The position numbers were made by a program, and so were the translations under genes. Of a stretch of DNA of 64,000 nt, positions 21,063 to 30,293 are shown one piece after another. The stretch is from positions 1 through 64,000 of IMG/VR virus record IMGVR_UViG_3300044641_007991. One strand, written 5' to 3'. The notes beneath the pieces were generated by a model. The model worked only from the letters and a program-made list of their open reading frames with translations. It was not told where the DNA came from and did not search any database. This DNA is from a virus. Within the stretch, counting starts at the first letter, position 1. Each line of letters starts with the position of its first letter.

Positions 21063-21269
21063 TTATATTGCTGTTGATGGGATTAATTTTGGAATAGTTA
21101 ATTCCGGTTTTTGTTCTGGTTGAACAAATTCTGGTTGTGGTTTTGGATGCGCTGCTTTAAATGCCGCAACTAATTGCTCATTAATCTGAGCGGCAAATAT
21201 GAATAATAGAACAAATACGATAGGAAAAAATACGATTTTTAATAATGTTTCTATATGTTTCATGATCAC
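21063..21269 (-). CDS. Small membrane protein
   Basis: One TM segment. Confidence 0.5.
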   Translation of the reverse strand: MIMKHIETLLKIVFFPIVFVLLFIFAAQINEQLVAAFKAAHPKPQPEFVQPEQKPELTIPKLIPSTAI

Positions 21270-21289
21270 CTAATGAATTATAAATGTAA

Positions 21290-21635
21290 GAAAACGGTTT
21301 ATTCTGTTTCGAGGAAAACCGCAAAAACCCAACTATAATTTTAAGCTGCTAGAGCAGTAGAATTATAGAAAGCGTCGTTTTTAGCTTCGCCATTTACTTA
21401 TTTTATGCTGATTACGTCAGTCATCTCTCGATTCTCCAGTGTTCTTTGATCTCAACGTCGAATCTGTTCACCCCCATCAGAAACACACTTAAACTGGTCC
21501 GGCAGAATTTTTTCATTCCAGTTCGTTTATGTGACCGTCGTCACTACTTAGCTGCGGCAAAAGTATGTTTCTGGTGGAGGTGGGGGAATAATGCTATCCC
21601 CGTCCGCCAAAACTATTATAACACCTTCAACGAAT
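21290..21635 (-). ncRNA. ssrA: Circularly permuted (two-piece) tmRNA
   Basis: On the minus strand the 3' acceptor CACCTCCACCA (ends 21572) precedes the 5' GGGGGTGAACAGATTCGAC (starts 21475); G3-U70 pair; tag frame 21391-21341 reads GEAKNDAFYNSTALAA*. Outer ends approximate. Confidence 0.88.
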
Positions 21636-21895
21636 ACTTTAAAATCACACTGCATAAGGACATAACGGACTCAAACCGAGTTCTTTGATACTATCTTACC
21701 TTATCGAACCTGAACACCTAGTGTGATTTTAAAAAGAGCAATACATTTAACAGAAAGAGTGAGTCGTACCAATCTGCCACCCAACAGAAACGTCAATATA
21801 ACGGCATTGTCACTTTATCTAATAGACAGGGATATTTCCGGTTATATCATACGTCCCGTTCTCGCGATGCCCGAGGGTAAATGTATTAAATTTAT

Positions 21896-22477
21896 TTATT
21901 CTGGATATAAAAGTTGCAGTGCATCTAGTACAATGTCATCCAGAGGATTGTGTTTTATCACAACATTTCTATCCCATGTTCCTGGATATTTACTTGCATC
22001 AATATCACAATATCCGCGTTTTGGATTTGTAGCAACTAAATCTACATAAGTTCGCATATCACGATAATTGCTGTATCGCACTAATAAATCAACACCAACA
22101 GCTTTACACAAACTATCAATAGATATTTGATCAAGACCACCTCTAGTCCAGATTAATGTATTCTCTGGATCACAATGTTGATTGATATAATTTCGCAGGA
22201 TTTCAATTCCGTGTTTAGCTGGAAGATCGTCTTTCTTAGGAAAGAAACTCTGTTGTTTTACAAGATCACATTGTTTATTCCACCAAGCAATTGTATCTTT
22301 ATCAACAGTTCTACCATAATTTTCAATTTGATCTTTTACTGAAAATTTTACAAACAGCGCATCAGAATATAATGATTCCCAGGTATTTGGTTTTGTGATA
22401 TCGATATAAACAATAGCTGCAGATAAAATAACAGTTGTAGATTCAACACCCATGGTTTCTACGTCAAAAATTAACAC
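21896..22477 (-). CDS. 3'-5' exonuclease, DEDDh (T4 DexA-like)
   Basis: IFDVET, WTRG..D, RDMRT, HNPLDDIVLD. Confidence 0.8.
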   Translation of the reverse strand: MLIFDVETMGVESTTVILSAAIVYIDITKPNTWESLYSDALFVKFSVKDQIENYGRTVDKDTIAWWNKQCDLVKQQSFFPKKDDLPAKHGIEILRNYINQHCDPENTLIWTRGGLDQISIDSLCKAVGVDLLVRYSNYRDMRTYVDLVATNPKRGYCDIDASKYPGTWDRNVVIKHNPLDDIVLDALQLLYPE

Positions 22478-22502
22478 ATATCACCTCACTAATTAAAATA
22501 CT

Positions 22503-22540
22503 ATTGTACTATAAATTTTCCTGGGAGTCAAGCACTTTTT
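22503..22540 (-). promoter_or_regulatory. Phage early promoter, representative of about 20 copies (AAAGTGCTTGAC-N-TAnAAT)
   Basis: GTCAAGCAC on + at 22527, 26867, 27931, 32055, 36956, 39754, 40917, 44167, 44863, 45917, 46981, 50582, 53136, 55000, 57214, 60605, 62024, 62840; variants at about 8440 and 53929; sigma70-like -10 at normal spacing. Confidence 0.88.
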
Positions 22541-22629
22541 TCTGTTTTAACAGTGCAACGTACTCTTTTCGTTGCGCATCCGTTAATTTATCTTGATCAG
22601 CCAATTTTTTTAAGTATTCAAAACGATAT

Positions 22630-22863
22630 TCATTCATTGGATCTGTTTAAATTAGCAGCAGTATCCATTAGATTTTGTTTTTTCATTTTAACATTATCTT
22701 GAATTAAATTGTCTATTAAAGCTTTACTGAGCATAATCAATTCTTCTTGTTGGTCAGCAGTAATCTTACCTGTTTGTTTTAATGTTTGTAGAGTTTTATA
22801 TCTAGCATAAACTCGTTTTAATTTTGGATTAATATAATTTGATTTCATGTTATTGCCTGACAA
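22630..22863 (-). CDS. Hypothetical protein
   Basis: ORF in minus-strand operon. Confidence 0.5.
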   Translation of the reverse strand: MSGNNMKSNYINPKLKRVYARYKTLQTLKQTGKITADQQEELIMLSKALIDNLIQDNVKMKKQNLMDTAANLNRSNE

Positions 22864-23146
22864 CTAATCTAATATAATATTTAGACGGATATTTTTGGAT
22901 ATCAATCGGCAATCCGTATCTATCCCAGTGTACGGGCATTAATGTAAATTTATCTTTTAAGTTAATTCTAATTAACCCAGTAATAGTTTCTCCTCGTAAA
23001 CCCATGAAAATAAATTTATGGTTGCCGCCACATGCGATTGCAAGATCGTTAGAAAATTTAACATCAGATTGTAGCTCTTTTATTAAGTCTAGCATTTTTA
23101 ATGCTCTCCGGTTGTTTGATGTCAACAATAATAGAATCATCATCAA
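22850..23146 (-). CDS. Hypothetical protein (start probably near 23095)
   Basis: ORF in minus-strand operon. Confidence 0.45.
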   Translation of the reverse strand: MMMILLLLTSNNRRALKMLDLIKELQSDVKFSNDLAIACGGNHKFIFMGLRGETITGLIRINLKDKFTLMPVHWDRYGLPIDIQKYPSKYYIRLVVRQ

Positions 23147-23495
23147 CTAATTGCTGGAACAAATATTTTCTATCTTCTTTATAGATTAAATTTAATTTGG
23201 TAGCAATTTCTGTGGCTAATTTCCATTTACGGAAATATCCAGGTTCATCTGTTAATAAGATATTATAGACACCATATCTAAATGATACCATATCATCATC
23301 TGGATAACTATCGCCGCATTTATTATCTAATTGGTGCTGTTGTTCAAATTGCTCAATGTCATCTACTAATAACATAATATCAATATCATTGTGTTCTTGA
23401 GATGGACAAATATATTTTGAACCTGTTAATAATACAGCATTAGATGCTGCCATTAATTTACATACATATTCAGGAAAATCGCTCATCGTTGCCAC
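23064..23495 (-). CDS. Minimal nucleotidyltransferase-like protein
   Basis: LTGS...DIDIMLL (GS..DxD) motif. Confidence 0.55.
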   Translation of the reverse strand: MATMSDFPEYVCKLMAASNAVLLTGSKYICPSQEHNDIDIMLLVDDIEQFEQQHQLDNKCGDSYPDDDMVSFRYGVYNILLTDEPGYFRKWKLATEIATKLNLIYKEDRKYLFQQLVDDDSIIVDIKQPESIKNARLNKRATI

Positions 23496-23935
23496 TCCAC
23501 AATTGTATAATCAACCATACCTTCTAAATTATTTTTAATAATATCTCGAATAATGTTCCAGTCACCACCTGCTAAACCAGCACCAATTAATGGTAACCCA
23601 ATTTTTTTACCTTTAAAATCCGTAGCAATTAATCGCATAGAATCATTGATTGCTTGATAATTTTGCTTTAGGTCATTATATCCAGGCATGTATTGAGTGT
23701 ACGCATTTACAATTGTTAAACCCTTATCCATATAGGTATGTGCGCTATATGAACCCAATTTTGTTATATCACCCTGTTCTGTTGATTTGTCTGACAAATA
23801 CGCTTCTGGATATCTATTCCTAATTTGTAGAGCAATCCCTGCGCCCATAGCGCAAAAACAATTACAACCATGAACGATAACATCGAACTCGCCAGCATCA
23901 AATAAATCTAATAAATCACCTTTAATAATTTTCAT
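23483..23935 (-). CDS. Macro domain (ADP-ribose processing) protein, T4 Tk.4-like
   Basis: GDLL, VHGCNCF..MGAGIA, PLIGAGLAGGDW. Confidence 0.88.
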   Translation of the reverse strand: MKIIKGDLLDLFDAGEFDVIVHGCNCFCAMGAGIALQIRNRYPEAYLSDKSTEQGDITKLGSYSAHTYMDKGLTIVNAYTQYMPGYNDLKQNYQAINDSMRLIATDFKGKKIGLPLIGAGLAGGDWNIIRDIIKNNLEGMVDYTIVEWQR

Positions 23936-24882
23936 TCTATATCCTCTAAAGTATTAGCAACAGTTTTATCATCCCTAACGCGAGAAAAAATTGGTAGGAA
24001 TAAAGATTTAATATCTGAATCTCGGTTTGAAATAATACAATTATATTTTACCTCGATAATTTTACCAACATAAGATTCTGGGTTATCTCGCTCACCTCGT
24101 TTATGTTTAAATCCAGAACCAACATTTACTCGCAATCGACCACAAGCAGTTTCACAAATTAATGATCCCAACATACCTTCAAATTGAGTTCCTGGAGTAC
24201 CATATTCAAAACCAACAACCAATAGATCCATAGGGTCTTCTGCTTTTAATTTTAATTGGTATTTAGATCGTTTGGCTTCCCATACACCATCCATTGCTTT
24301 AAGAATTCCGCCTTCTTCGCCTCGTTCTAGATTACGCTGATATTTTTGCATAACTTCTTCGCGAGAATTTACAATCTCGGATTCAACAATTTGTAATTTA
24401 GTTTGATTTTCTGGAACTGCTAGCCCAACAAATTTAAATCTTGTAGCATAACCAACTGAACAATATTCGTTTAAAAAATCATCATAAGGAATATAATCCC
24501 AGAGAACAACATACAACCCCTTAGCTTCTTCTGAGGTAATTGTTCCACGAACAGCTTTTGTTACATAACCATTAGATACTTTGCGTTCTGCTACTCGACC
24601 ATCAGGATAGCGCCACATTAATTCGCCATCTAGAATACATCTTTCATGTGTTGCAATTTCAATATCATCAAAACATGAGATATCTAGAATATTACCATTT
24701 CTGGTTGTAGCCGATACGAATTTTCCACCATCAAACTCTAGATTAATTCTAGAACTATCCATTTTACAATTATGGACCAGAATATTGTCAGCAAAAAAAT
24801 TATTAGTATTTTCGACCGTTATATCGTATAACAAATTATCACACTCTATCTCAACTACATTTTCTATTTTCATAGTTCTCAT
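23932..24882 (-). CDS. lig: ATP-dependent DNA ligase, C-terminal half preceded by a split-intein C part (24769..24882)
   Basis: YDITVENTNNFFADNILVHN|C intein end; then KMD (motif I), LDGEL, EGGILK, KLK, SLFLPIF. Confidence 0.9.
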   Translation of the reverse strand: MRTMKIENVVEIECDNLLYDITVENTNNFFADNILVHNCKMDSSRINLEFDGGKFVSATTRNGNILDISCFDDIEIATHERCILDGELMWRYPDGRVAERKVSNGYVTKAVRGTITSEEAKGLYVVLWDYIPYDDFLNEYCSVGYATRFKFVGLAVPENQTKLQIVESEIVNSREEVMQKYQRNLERGEEGGILKAMDGVWEAKRSKYQLKLKAEDPMDLLVVGFEYGTPGTQFEGMLGSLICETACGRLRVNVGSGFKHKRGERDNPESYVGKIIEVKYNCIISNRDSDIKSLFLPIFSRVRDDKTVANTLEDIE

Positions 24883-24913
24883 AATAAATTTCCAATTTAA
24901 AGCTGTATATTGA

Positions 24914-25036
24914 TAATAAATAGTTGACCGTTTAAATGAATATTAAACGATGCTTATCGCGGAATAGCAGTTCCCATAAGCACTAATCATCAACTATCAA
25001 ATATAGGAATCGATATGACCAGCAATAATATTTATA
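24914..25036 (+). promoter_or_regulatory. Endonuclease leader element, copy E
   Basis: TAATAAATA..extra hairpin..TGCTTA-TCGCG-GAA..TTC-CCA-TAAGCA-CTAATCAT..AGGA..ATG ACC AGC AAT AAT ATT TAT A. Confidence 0.82.
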
Positions 25037-26103
25037 CTATTACCGAACAACAACGATTAAATTTTAAACCGACTTATTTAATGATTAAACAACATTCAAT
25101 AACAGGTAAAAAATATTTTTGTAAAACTGTAACATCCAACCCTTTAAAATATTCTGGGTCAGGGGATTATTGGTTAAAACATATAAAAAAGCACGGAGTT
25201 CAATTTGTCGAGACAATATGGTATAAATTGTATACTGATATAGACGAATTAGTAAACTATGCTTTACAATTTTCTATCGAAAATGATATTATTAAATCTA
25301 AACTCTGGGCGAATAAAATGTTAGAAAACGGGTTATCTGGCGGGTTATCTAAAGATTTGTTATCAGAACAGACCATATTAAATATGGTTAATGCTCAATT
25401 AAATAGATCCCCAGAAGCTAAATTTATCTCTAAAACAAAATATAAAAATACTATACAGAATAGATCAGAGTTTAAAAAATTAGAACTATCTAATAAAATT
25501 AGAAAAACAAAATTAGCTATGACTTCTGAACAAAAAGCAGAACAAAAACGTAAAGAATACGAAACAAAAGCAAATAGATCCCCTGAACAAAAAGCAGAAC
25601 AAAAACGTAAACAAAGCGAGTCTTATTTAAAGACATTTAATTCTAAATCTGATGACAGTAAACGCGAACAATATACAAAAAGAGCAAAAACAATGTCACT
25701 AAAATCTGAAGAAGAATTAGCTTCTATCTACGCAAAAATAAGTCGCCCAGGTAAATTAAATCCTATGTACGGTAAACCTCGCCCAGATTTAATTGAAAAT
25801 AATAAAAATCCTATAAAACGACAAAAACAAATACAAACGCGCAAAAAATTAGATCTTGAGAGAAAATTACGTAGATTTAAAATTGAAACTGAGATTAAAT
25901 TTTACGAGAAAATATTAGAATTATCTTCAATCCACTCAACGTACACTAAATCCGGAAAAATAAATTTTAATACATTAGCTAAATATTTTCCTGAGTATAA
26001 TGGTTCAACTCAAGCAACAACAGCAGCTCTGCGTAGATTTTATGAATATTACACATCAACTAAAATAATATCGGATGACGATAATTCATCTACTCTAATA
26101 TAG
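25015..26103 (+). CDS. GIY-YIG-like homing endonuclease E, antiparallel between the two ligase halves
   Basis: FKPTYLMIKQHSITGKKYFCKT...YSGSGDYW; SPEQKAEQKRK repeats. Confidence 0.78.
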   Translation: MTSNNIYTITEQQRLNFKPTYLMIKQHSITGKKYFCKTVTSNPLKYSGSGDYWLKHIKKHGVQFVETIWYKLYTDIDELVNYALQFSIENDIIKSKLWANKMLENGLSGGLSKDLLSEQTILNMVNAQLNRSPEAKFISKTKYKNTIQNRSEFKKLELSNKIRKTKLAMTSEQKAEQKRKEYETKANRSPEQKAEQKRKQSESYLKTFNSKSDDSKREQYTKRAKTMSLKSEEELASIYAKISRPGKLNPMYGKPRPDLIENNKNPIKRQKQIQTRKKLDLERKLRRFKIETEIKFYEKILELSSIHSTYTKSGKINFNTLAKYFPEYNGSTQATTAALRRFYEYYTSTKIISDDDNSSTLI

Positions 26104-26819
26104 GCGTCTTTATTGATACACCAAATTAAATGATTTCCAGTTAAAGGTTTGGTGTATTCTCCGTTTTCCATTTTAAGTTTATACCATTTATGGTGTATAG
26201 TTTGTTTATTAACAAATTTATCTAATACCGTATTATATTCAACTTTATTTGTATGGTGATTAAATGATTTAACTTTAATATCTTTAATATCAGATTCAAT
26301 TAATTGTTTTATCGTCATATTACCCTCTGTTGTATTAAGAACCCAATCTTCCGATAAACACTGAAAAATAGCTGGATATTTAATATTCTTTTCGGTTTTC
26401 TCATTGAATTTGCCGCACAATAAAACTGGATATTCTGGAATTAAATCTTTCCAAATTTTATTTACAGTTTTTGCGCTAACGCCACATTTTAAATCGCGTT
26501 CGATAATACGATATAAAACTTCTTGATCATCTACTGGCAATTTACCTAGTATCATAGATACATATTCGATAGCTTCATTACCAGTAAGCTCTCTATTACA
26601 AATATTAACTTTAATGCTGGATAAAGCGCCAATCAAATCTACGGTAATACCGTTATTTGGAGAAACTGGAGGACGTTTTTTAATCCAATATTTAATTCTT
26701 GGGTTATAAGCAAATAAAAATACAGCTCGCACAACCGGATTATCAACATATGATTTTAATAGAGCGATTTTGTCGTTAGTGCCTGATGTTGCTGCTAGTT
26801 GATTCAATAAATTTAACAT
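26049..26819 (-). CDS. lig: ATP-dependent DNA ligase, N-terminal half followed by a split-intein N part (26049..26360)
   Basis: T4 gp30-like N-domain (RDLKCGVS.KTVNKIW, YPAIFQ), then CLSEDW...LTGNHLIW...RVDEL intein blocks A/B. Confidence 0.9.
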   Translation of the reverse strand: MLNLLNQLAATSGTNDKIALLKSYVDNPVVRAVFLFAYNPRIKYWIKKRPPVSPNNGITVDLIGALSSIKVNICNRELTGNEAIEYVSMILGKLPVDDQEVLYRIIERDLKCGVSAKTVNKIWKDLIPEYPVLLCGKFNEKTEKNIKYPAIFQCLSEDWVLNTTEGNMTIKQLIESDIKDIKVKSFNHHTNKVEYNTVLDKFVNKQTIHHKWYKLKMENGEYTKPLTGNHLIWCINKDAYIRVDELSSSDIILVDV

Positions 26820-26850
26820 AATTTTTTCCGTAGTATACAGTTATTGTACT

Positions 26851-27888
26851 CTATTGTGCGCTAGAAGTCAAGCACTTTTTTGATAATTGCTGTACAGCTA
26901 AATTCTTGGCTTTACTTTCGCACATCATGTCTGCCCAGCTAAGGTGCGATAATGCCCAATCGTTGACGGCAGTGTTCCAGTAGAAATCTGAATGCGCACG
27001 CAATTTACTTTTAGTATGACCTGCGGCTATAAGAGCTGCGAGATCTGGTAGAGTATGGGGACAATGATTGGCGAGAGTATCTTCTCGGCTAATAGAATAA
27101 TGAATAACAGGGCGAACGCCTCGCCAACTTTGAATAACCTGAGCAATCCTCGGGTCATCTGGCGAGATGTATTCTCCAGTTTTAATAAAATGATGGTGAA
27201 TATCCAGAACGACAGGAATCCTGTCAGAAATACTAAGACAAGCATCAAGTCCATGAGCGAACTCCTCATTTTCAATAGTTATACAATTTTTAGCGACATC
27301 GCTGAGTCGGTCGTAGGCAAGTAAAAAACCTGCTGGACCAAGTTTACCCGAGATATGTACATTGATTTTCATATCTTGAAACACACGACCATAACCCATC
27401 CAACGAGCCATATCTGCATGGTATTCGAACTCGGCTATGCTATTTTCTACTACATCTGGACGATCACTGGCTAACACGCAAAATTGACCAGGATGAAAAG
27501 ACAAGCGCACACCACGAGCACGAGCAACGGATCCGATAGAGTCAAAGCCTGTTTGTAATAATTCTTTAACATGTGGTTGCTGATAAAAATAACTATAATC
27601 AGCATGAGTGTATACTGGAAGAATATCGCTGGATAAACGTACCATCCTTAATTTGTCATCAAGTGTTCCTACTTTTTCGACTAATCTGCGAGCGGCTGTA
27701 ATATTTTGTTTGACCAAAGATAATAATTTAGCTTCAGCAGTTGATTTGATTTGACGGTTAAGCCAAGCAACGGTGGTGGTTCCGGTATTATATTTCTTGC
27801 AATCGTCAGTTGATTTAATACCATCAACTTGATCAGGGCGATCGATCCATTTACAAGCAAAACCTAGACGAGACATAACAAACTCCAT
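26851..27888 (-). CDS. uvsE: UV-damage endonuclease UvsE
   Basis: RLGFACK, RLSSD, RLSFHPGQF, ITIENEE, LDIHHH, RAHSD, ESKAKN. Confidence 0.92.
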   Translation of the reverse strand: MEFVMSRLGFACKWIDRPDQVDGIKSTDDCKKYNTGTTTVAWLNRQIKSTAEAKLLSLVKQNITAARRLVEKVGTLDDKLRMVRLSSDILPVYTHADYSYFYQQPHVKELLQTGFDSIGSVARARGVRLSFHPGQFCVLASDRPDVVENSIAEFEYHADMARWMGYGRVFQDMKINVHISGKLGPAGFLLAYDRLSDVAKNCITIENEEFAHGLDACLSISDRIPVVLDIHHHFIKTGEYISPDDPRIAQVIQSWRGVRPVIHYSISREDTLANHCPHTLPDLAALIAAGHTKSKLRAHSDFYWNTAVNDWALSHLSWADMMCESKAKNLAVQQLSKKCLTSSAQ

Positions 27889-27947
27889 AAAAAAGGGTAT
27901 AGAGTTATTTTACTCTATACCCCTGTAGAAGTCAAGCACTTGTTAAA

Positions 27948-28214
27948 CTATTTTACAAATTCTTCTAACTTTTCTTTATTTAACATACCAACGGTGCGTT
28001 TTTCTTCTTTACCGTTGTTGAAAATAATCAACGTAGGCACTCCACGGACGTTATAGGAATGTGCCAACTCTGCATGCTCATCAATATCTACCTCAACAAC
28101 ATTAATTGCTGGTGGGTGTTCCTCGATGATTTTCGATAACATAGCACAAGGTGCACACCACGAAGCTCCAAGTTTAACCAACACTCTACCCTTAGACGGG
28201 ATAATATCACTCAT
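27948..28214 (-). CDS. trxA: Thioredoxin
   Basis: WCAPC active site, VRGVPTL. Confidence 0.9.
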   Translation of the reverse strand: MSDIIPSKGRVLVKLGASWCAPCAMLSKIIEEHPPAINVVEVDIDEHAELAHSYNVRGVPTLIIFNNGKEEKRTVGMLNKEKLEEFVK

Positions 28215-28551
28215 TTTCTTTTTCCTTTAATAATTTCTTTAAATGTTTAATTTCACGTTTTAAATTACCCATTTCATACACACTCCAACCAAGTTCTTCT
28301 GCTTGTTTACGAATATTAGCAAGGTAATCGTGATCGGATCTGCTTAGATCTTCTGTGGGATACAACATCAATTTGTTATTATCCCAATCAAAACCTAGAT
28401 GCACAGATTCAACGTCAATACACGGAGTTCCGCCAATTGCTGATGGAGTTTTAATTGGAATACAAACTCGAATATCTTCAGGGTTTCTGTTTCTTGATTG
28501 TTGCGATTCTACAATATAATTTATGCGTTGTTGAAATTCAAATAGATTCAT
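28207..28551 (-). CDS. Hypothetical protein
   Basis: GFDWD-containing phage ORF. Confidence 0.55.
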   Translation of the reverse strand: MNLFEFQQRINYIVESQQSRNRNPEDIRVCIPIKTPSAIGGTPCIDVESVHLGFDWDNNKLMLYPTEDLSRSDHDYLANIRKQAEELGWSVYEMGNLKREIKHLKKLLKEKENE

Positions 28552-28873
28552 GTTCTAGGTGTGTGATAAATGCATCAATTTCTGAACGTAATAATTTTAA
28601 TTTATCTATGAAAGCTGGCATATCTAAATTAGCATCATAGTGAATTCGAGATTTTCCATGACAATCTGCTAACTCTAAAAATGTATATCGTTCAGCTGGT
28701 TTACCTCTATTAGAGACAACTCCATCATGGCAACATACACTTCCTGTATAATGAGAATCCTCAGAATTTAACCACGTTCTTTTGTTATAAGTTTCCATAA
28801 ACAATAATTTAATGTTAAAACTACTATTTATTTTATTGTAATACAAAATGATATGCGATTGAAACAATAACAA
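28538..28873 (-). CDS. Hypothetical protein (start probably ATG near 28798)
   Basis: RTWLN...LELADC..K..IH phage family pattern. Confidence 0.55.
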   Translation of the reverse strand: MLLFQSHIILYYNKINSSFNIKLLFMETYNKRTWLNSEDSHYTGSVCCHDGVVSNRGKPAERYTFLELADCHGKSRIHYDANLDMPAFIDKLKLLRSEIDAFITHLEHESI

Positions 28874-29167
28874 TTAATGCTGCGGCTAAAATAGAGCCAA
28901 TAAACAGTCCATCGATAAATCGTTTTATTTTATCCATTTACAGGTTTTGAACCAAAAAGTTGATGTAACTTATATTTAGCATCAAGCCCTTCTTGTTGAG
29001 ATTTAACGGGGATATAAATCTCACAACCATTACCGATTTGCACATATTGTACACGTTCTGCTTGTGAAAATAAACAAGGATTAATACCAATATCTTCTAA
29101 TTTCATAGAGTCTCCAGGATTTGTTGTAATTAGTTACCAAAAGTGTTTACATATTCACCCGTTTTAG

Positions 29168-29350
29168 TTACAACTTTCCAACCTCCAAATGTAGATATTC
29201 AATAAGTGATTCTCGACTTTCTTTGTATTGTTTATACAATTCTTGAAATTTTGGATCAGGAATCTTTGAATAATCAGCATAATAATTCAAAGCATTATCA
29301 AATCCTTCGCACTCAATATCTTCAATTAATTCATCAATCGTTGTTCTCAT
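29168..29350 (-). CDS. Hypothetical protein
   Basis: ORF in operon. Confidence 0.5.
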   Translation of the reverse strand: MRTTIDELIEDIECEGFDNALNYYADYSKIPDPKFQELYKQYKESRESLIEYLHLEVGKL

Positions 29351-29352
29351 AT

Positions 29353-29811
29353 TTAATCCTCAAATTCAATTCTAAAACAAGTTTTATCTTTAAACGTACG
29401 CCAAGCAGTAATAACGAAACTTGGTTTTTTCTCGACTTTTTTGTAGTTATTTTTTACAAATTCATCGTAAAATTTTTGACGTTTAAGTTCTCTGCGGTCA
29501 GCAAGCCAATCAGAAACTAAAAACCAAACATAAATCAAAAGTAACCCAACATCAAGAACTAAACCAACTGCAACTTCTTTTGGTGGCTCAAAAAATTGAT
29601 ATTGTAGCCCTACAGCTAAATATAGCAACGGTGCTACTACAAGAATAAATAGACACATAGTGATCATTGCTAACATTAGCAGCAAAATACTACCGCTAAT
29701 AATAACATCCCAGAAATAACCACAGAAATTATCCGATATATGCCATTCATCTTTTACGGCTCGAACTAATTGATAATGCCAACTATTTTTGTTAAATTTT
29801 AGAGTATTCAT
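29353..29811 (-). CDS. Membrane protein
   Basis: SWHY..FCGYFW plus two TM segments. Confidence 0.55.
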   Translation of the reverse strand: MNTLKFNKNSWHYQLVRAVKDEWHISDNFCGYFWDVIISGSILLLMLAMITMCLFILVVAPLLYLAVGLQYQFFEPPKEVAVGLVLDVGLLLIYVWFLVSDWLADRRELKRQKFYDEFVKNNYKKVEKKPSFVITAWRTFKDKTCFRIEFED

Positions 29812-29812
29812 G

Positions 29813-30049
29813 TTAATTAATGCAAATTGCGTTAGCGATTAACTCTTCACCGTAGTCTTCTTGATGCTCTTCAAAATACGAATCAGCAGTAAACTCTCCA
29901 CGATCAAAAAATCCTAGAGTTGGAGTATAATGAACTTTTCGATATCCATTACCCTCATCATCTGCAGCATACACAACATCTAAGTTACCAAGACCTGGAC
30001 GTTCGTATAACATTGTATTTAATGTGTCAACGTATTCTTTAAATGTCAT
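29813..30049 (-). CDS. Hypothetical protein
   Basis: DDEGNGY motif common in phage ORFs. Confidence 0.55.
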   Translation of the reverse strand: MTFKEYVDTLNTMLYERPGLGNLDVVYAADDEGNGYRKVHYTPTLGFFDRGEFTADSYFEEHQEDYGEELIANAICIN

Positions 30050-30051
30050 AA

Positions 30052-30291
30052 TTAACCTCGTGCTCTAGGAGCTGATTTTTCTGTGATAGTAATATAAGAT
30101 TTTTGTTTAATCTCATCAATTGCTAAGGGTAAAGATTCGCGCATTTCTGCCACCTGAGCAGCAGAAATTTCGTCTAACAGATTTAATTCAACATGAAATC
30201 CATGATTAAATAAAAAATCATGCAATAAAATAGCAACTCGAGATTTTCCAGTTCCAGAAGTTCCTTCAATTGTAATATTTAAATTATTCAT
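30052..30291 (-). CDS. Small P-loop-containing protein
   Basis: GTSGTGKS. Confidence 0.5.
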   Translation of the reverse strand: MNNLNITIEGTSGTGKSRVAILLHDFLFNHGFHVELNLLDEISAAQVAEMRESLPLAIDEIKQKSYITITEKSAPRARG

Positions 30292-30293
30292 AA

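Noticed and set aside
21446-22049. Plus-strand ORFs 21446..21688 and 21723..22049
   Set aside because: They are antisense to the tmRNA/ncRNA cluster and the exonuclease, with no recognisable protein features.
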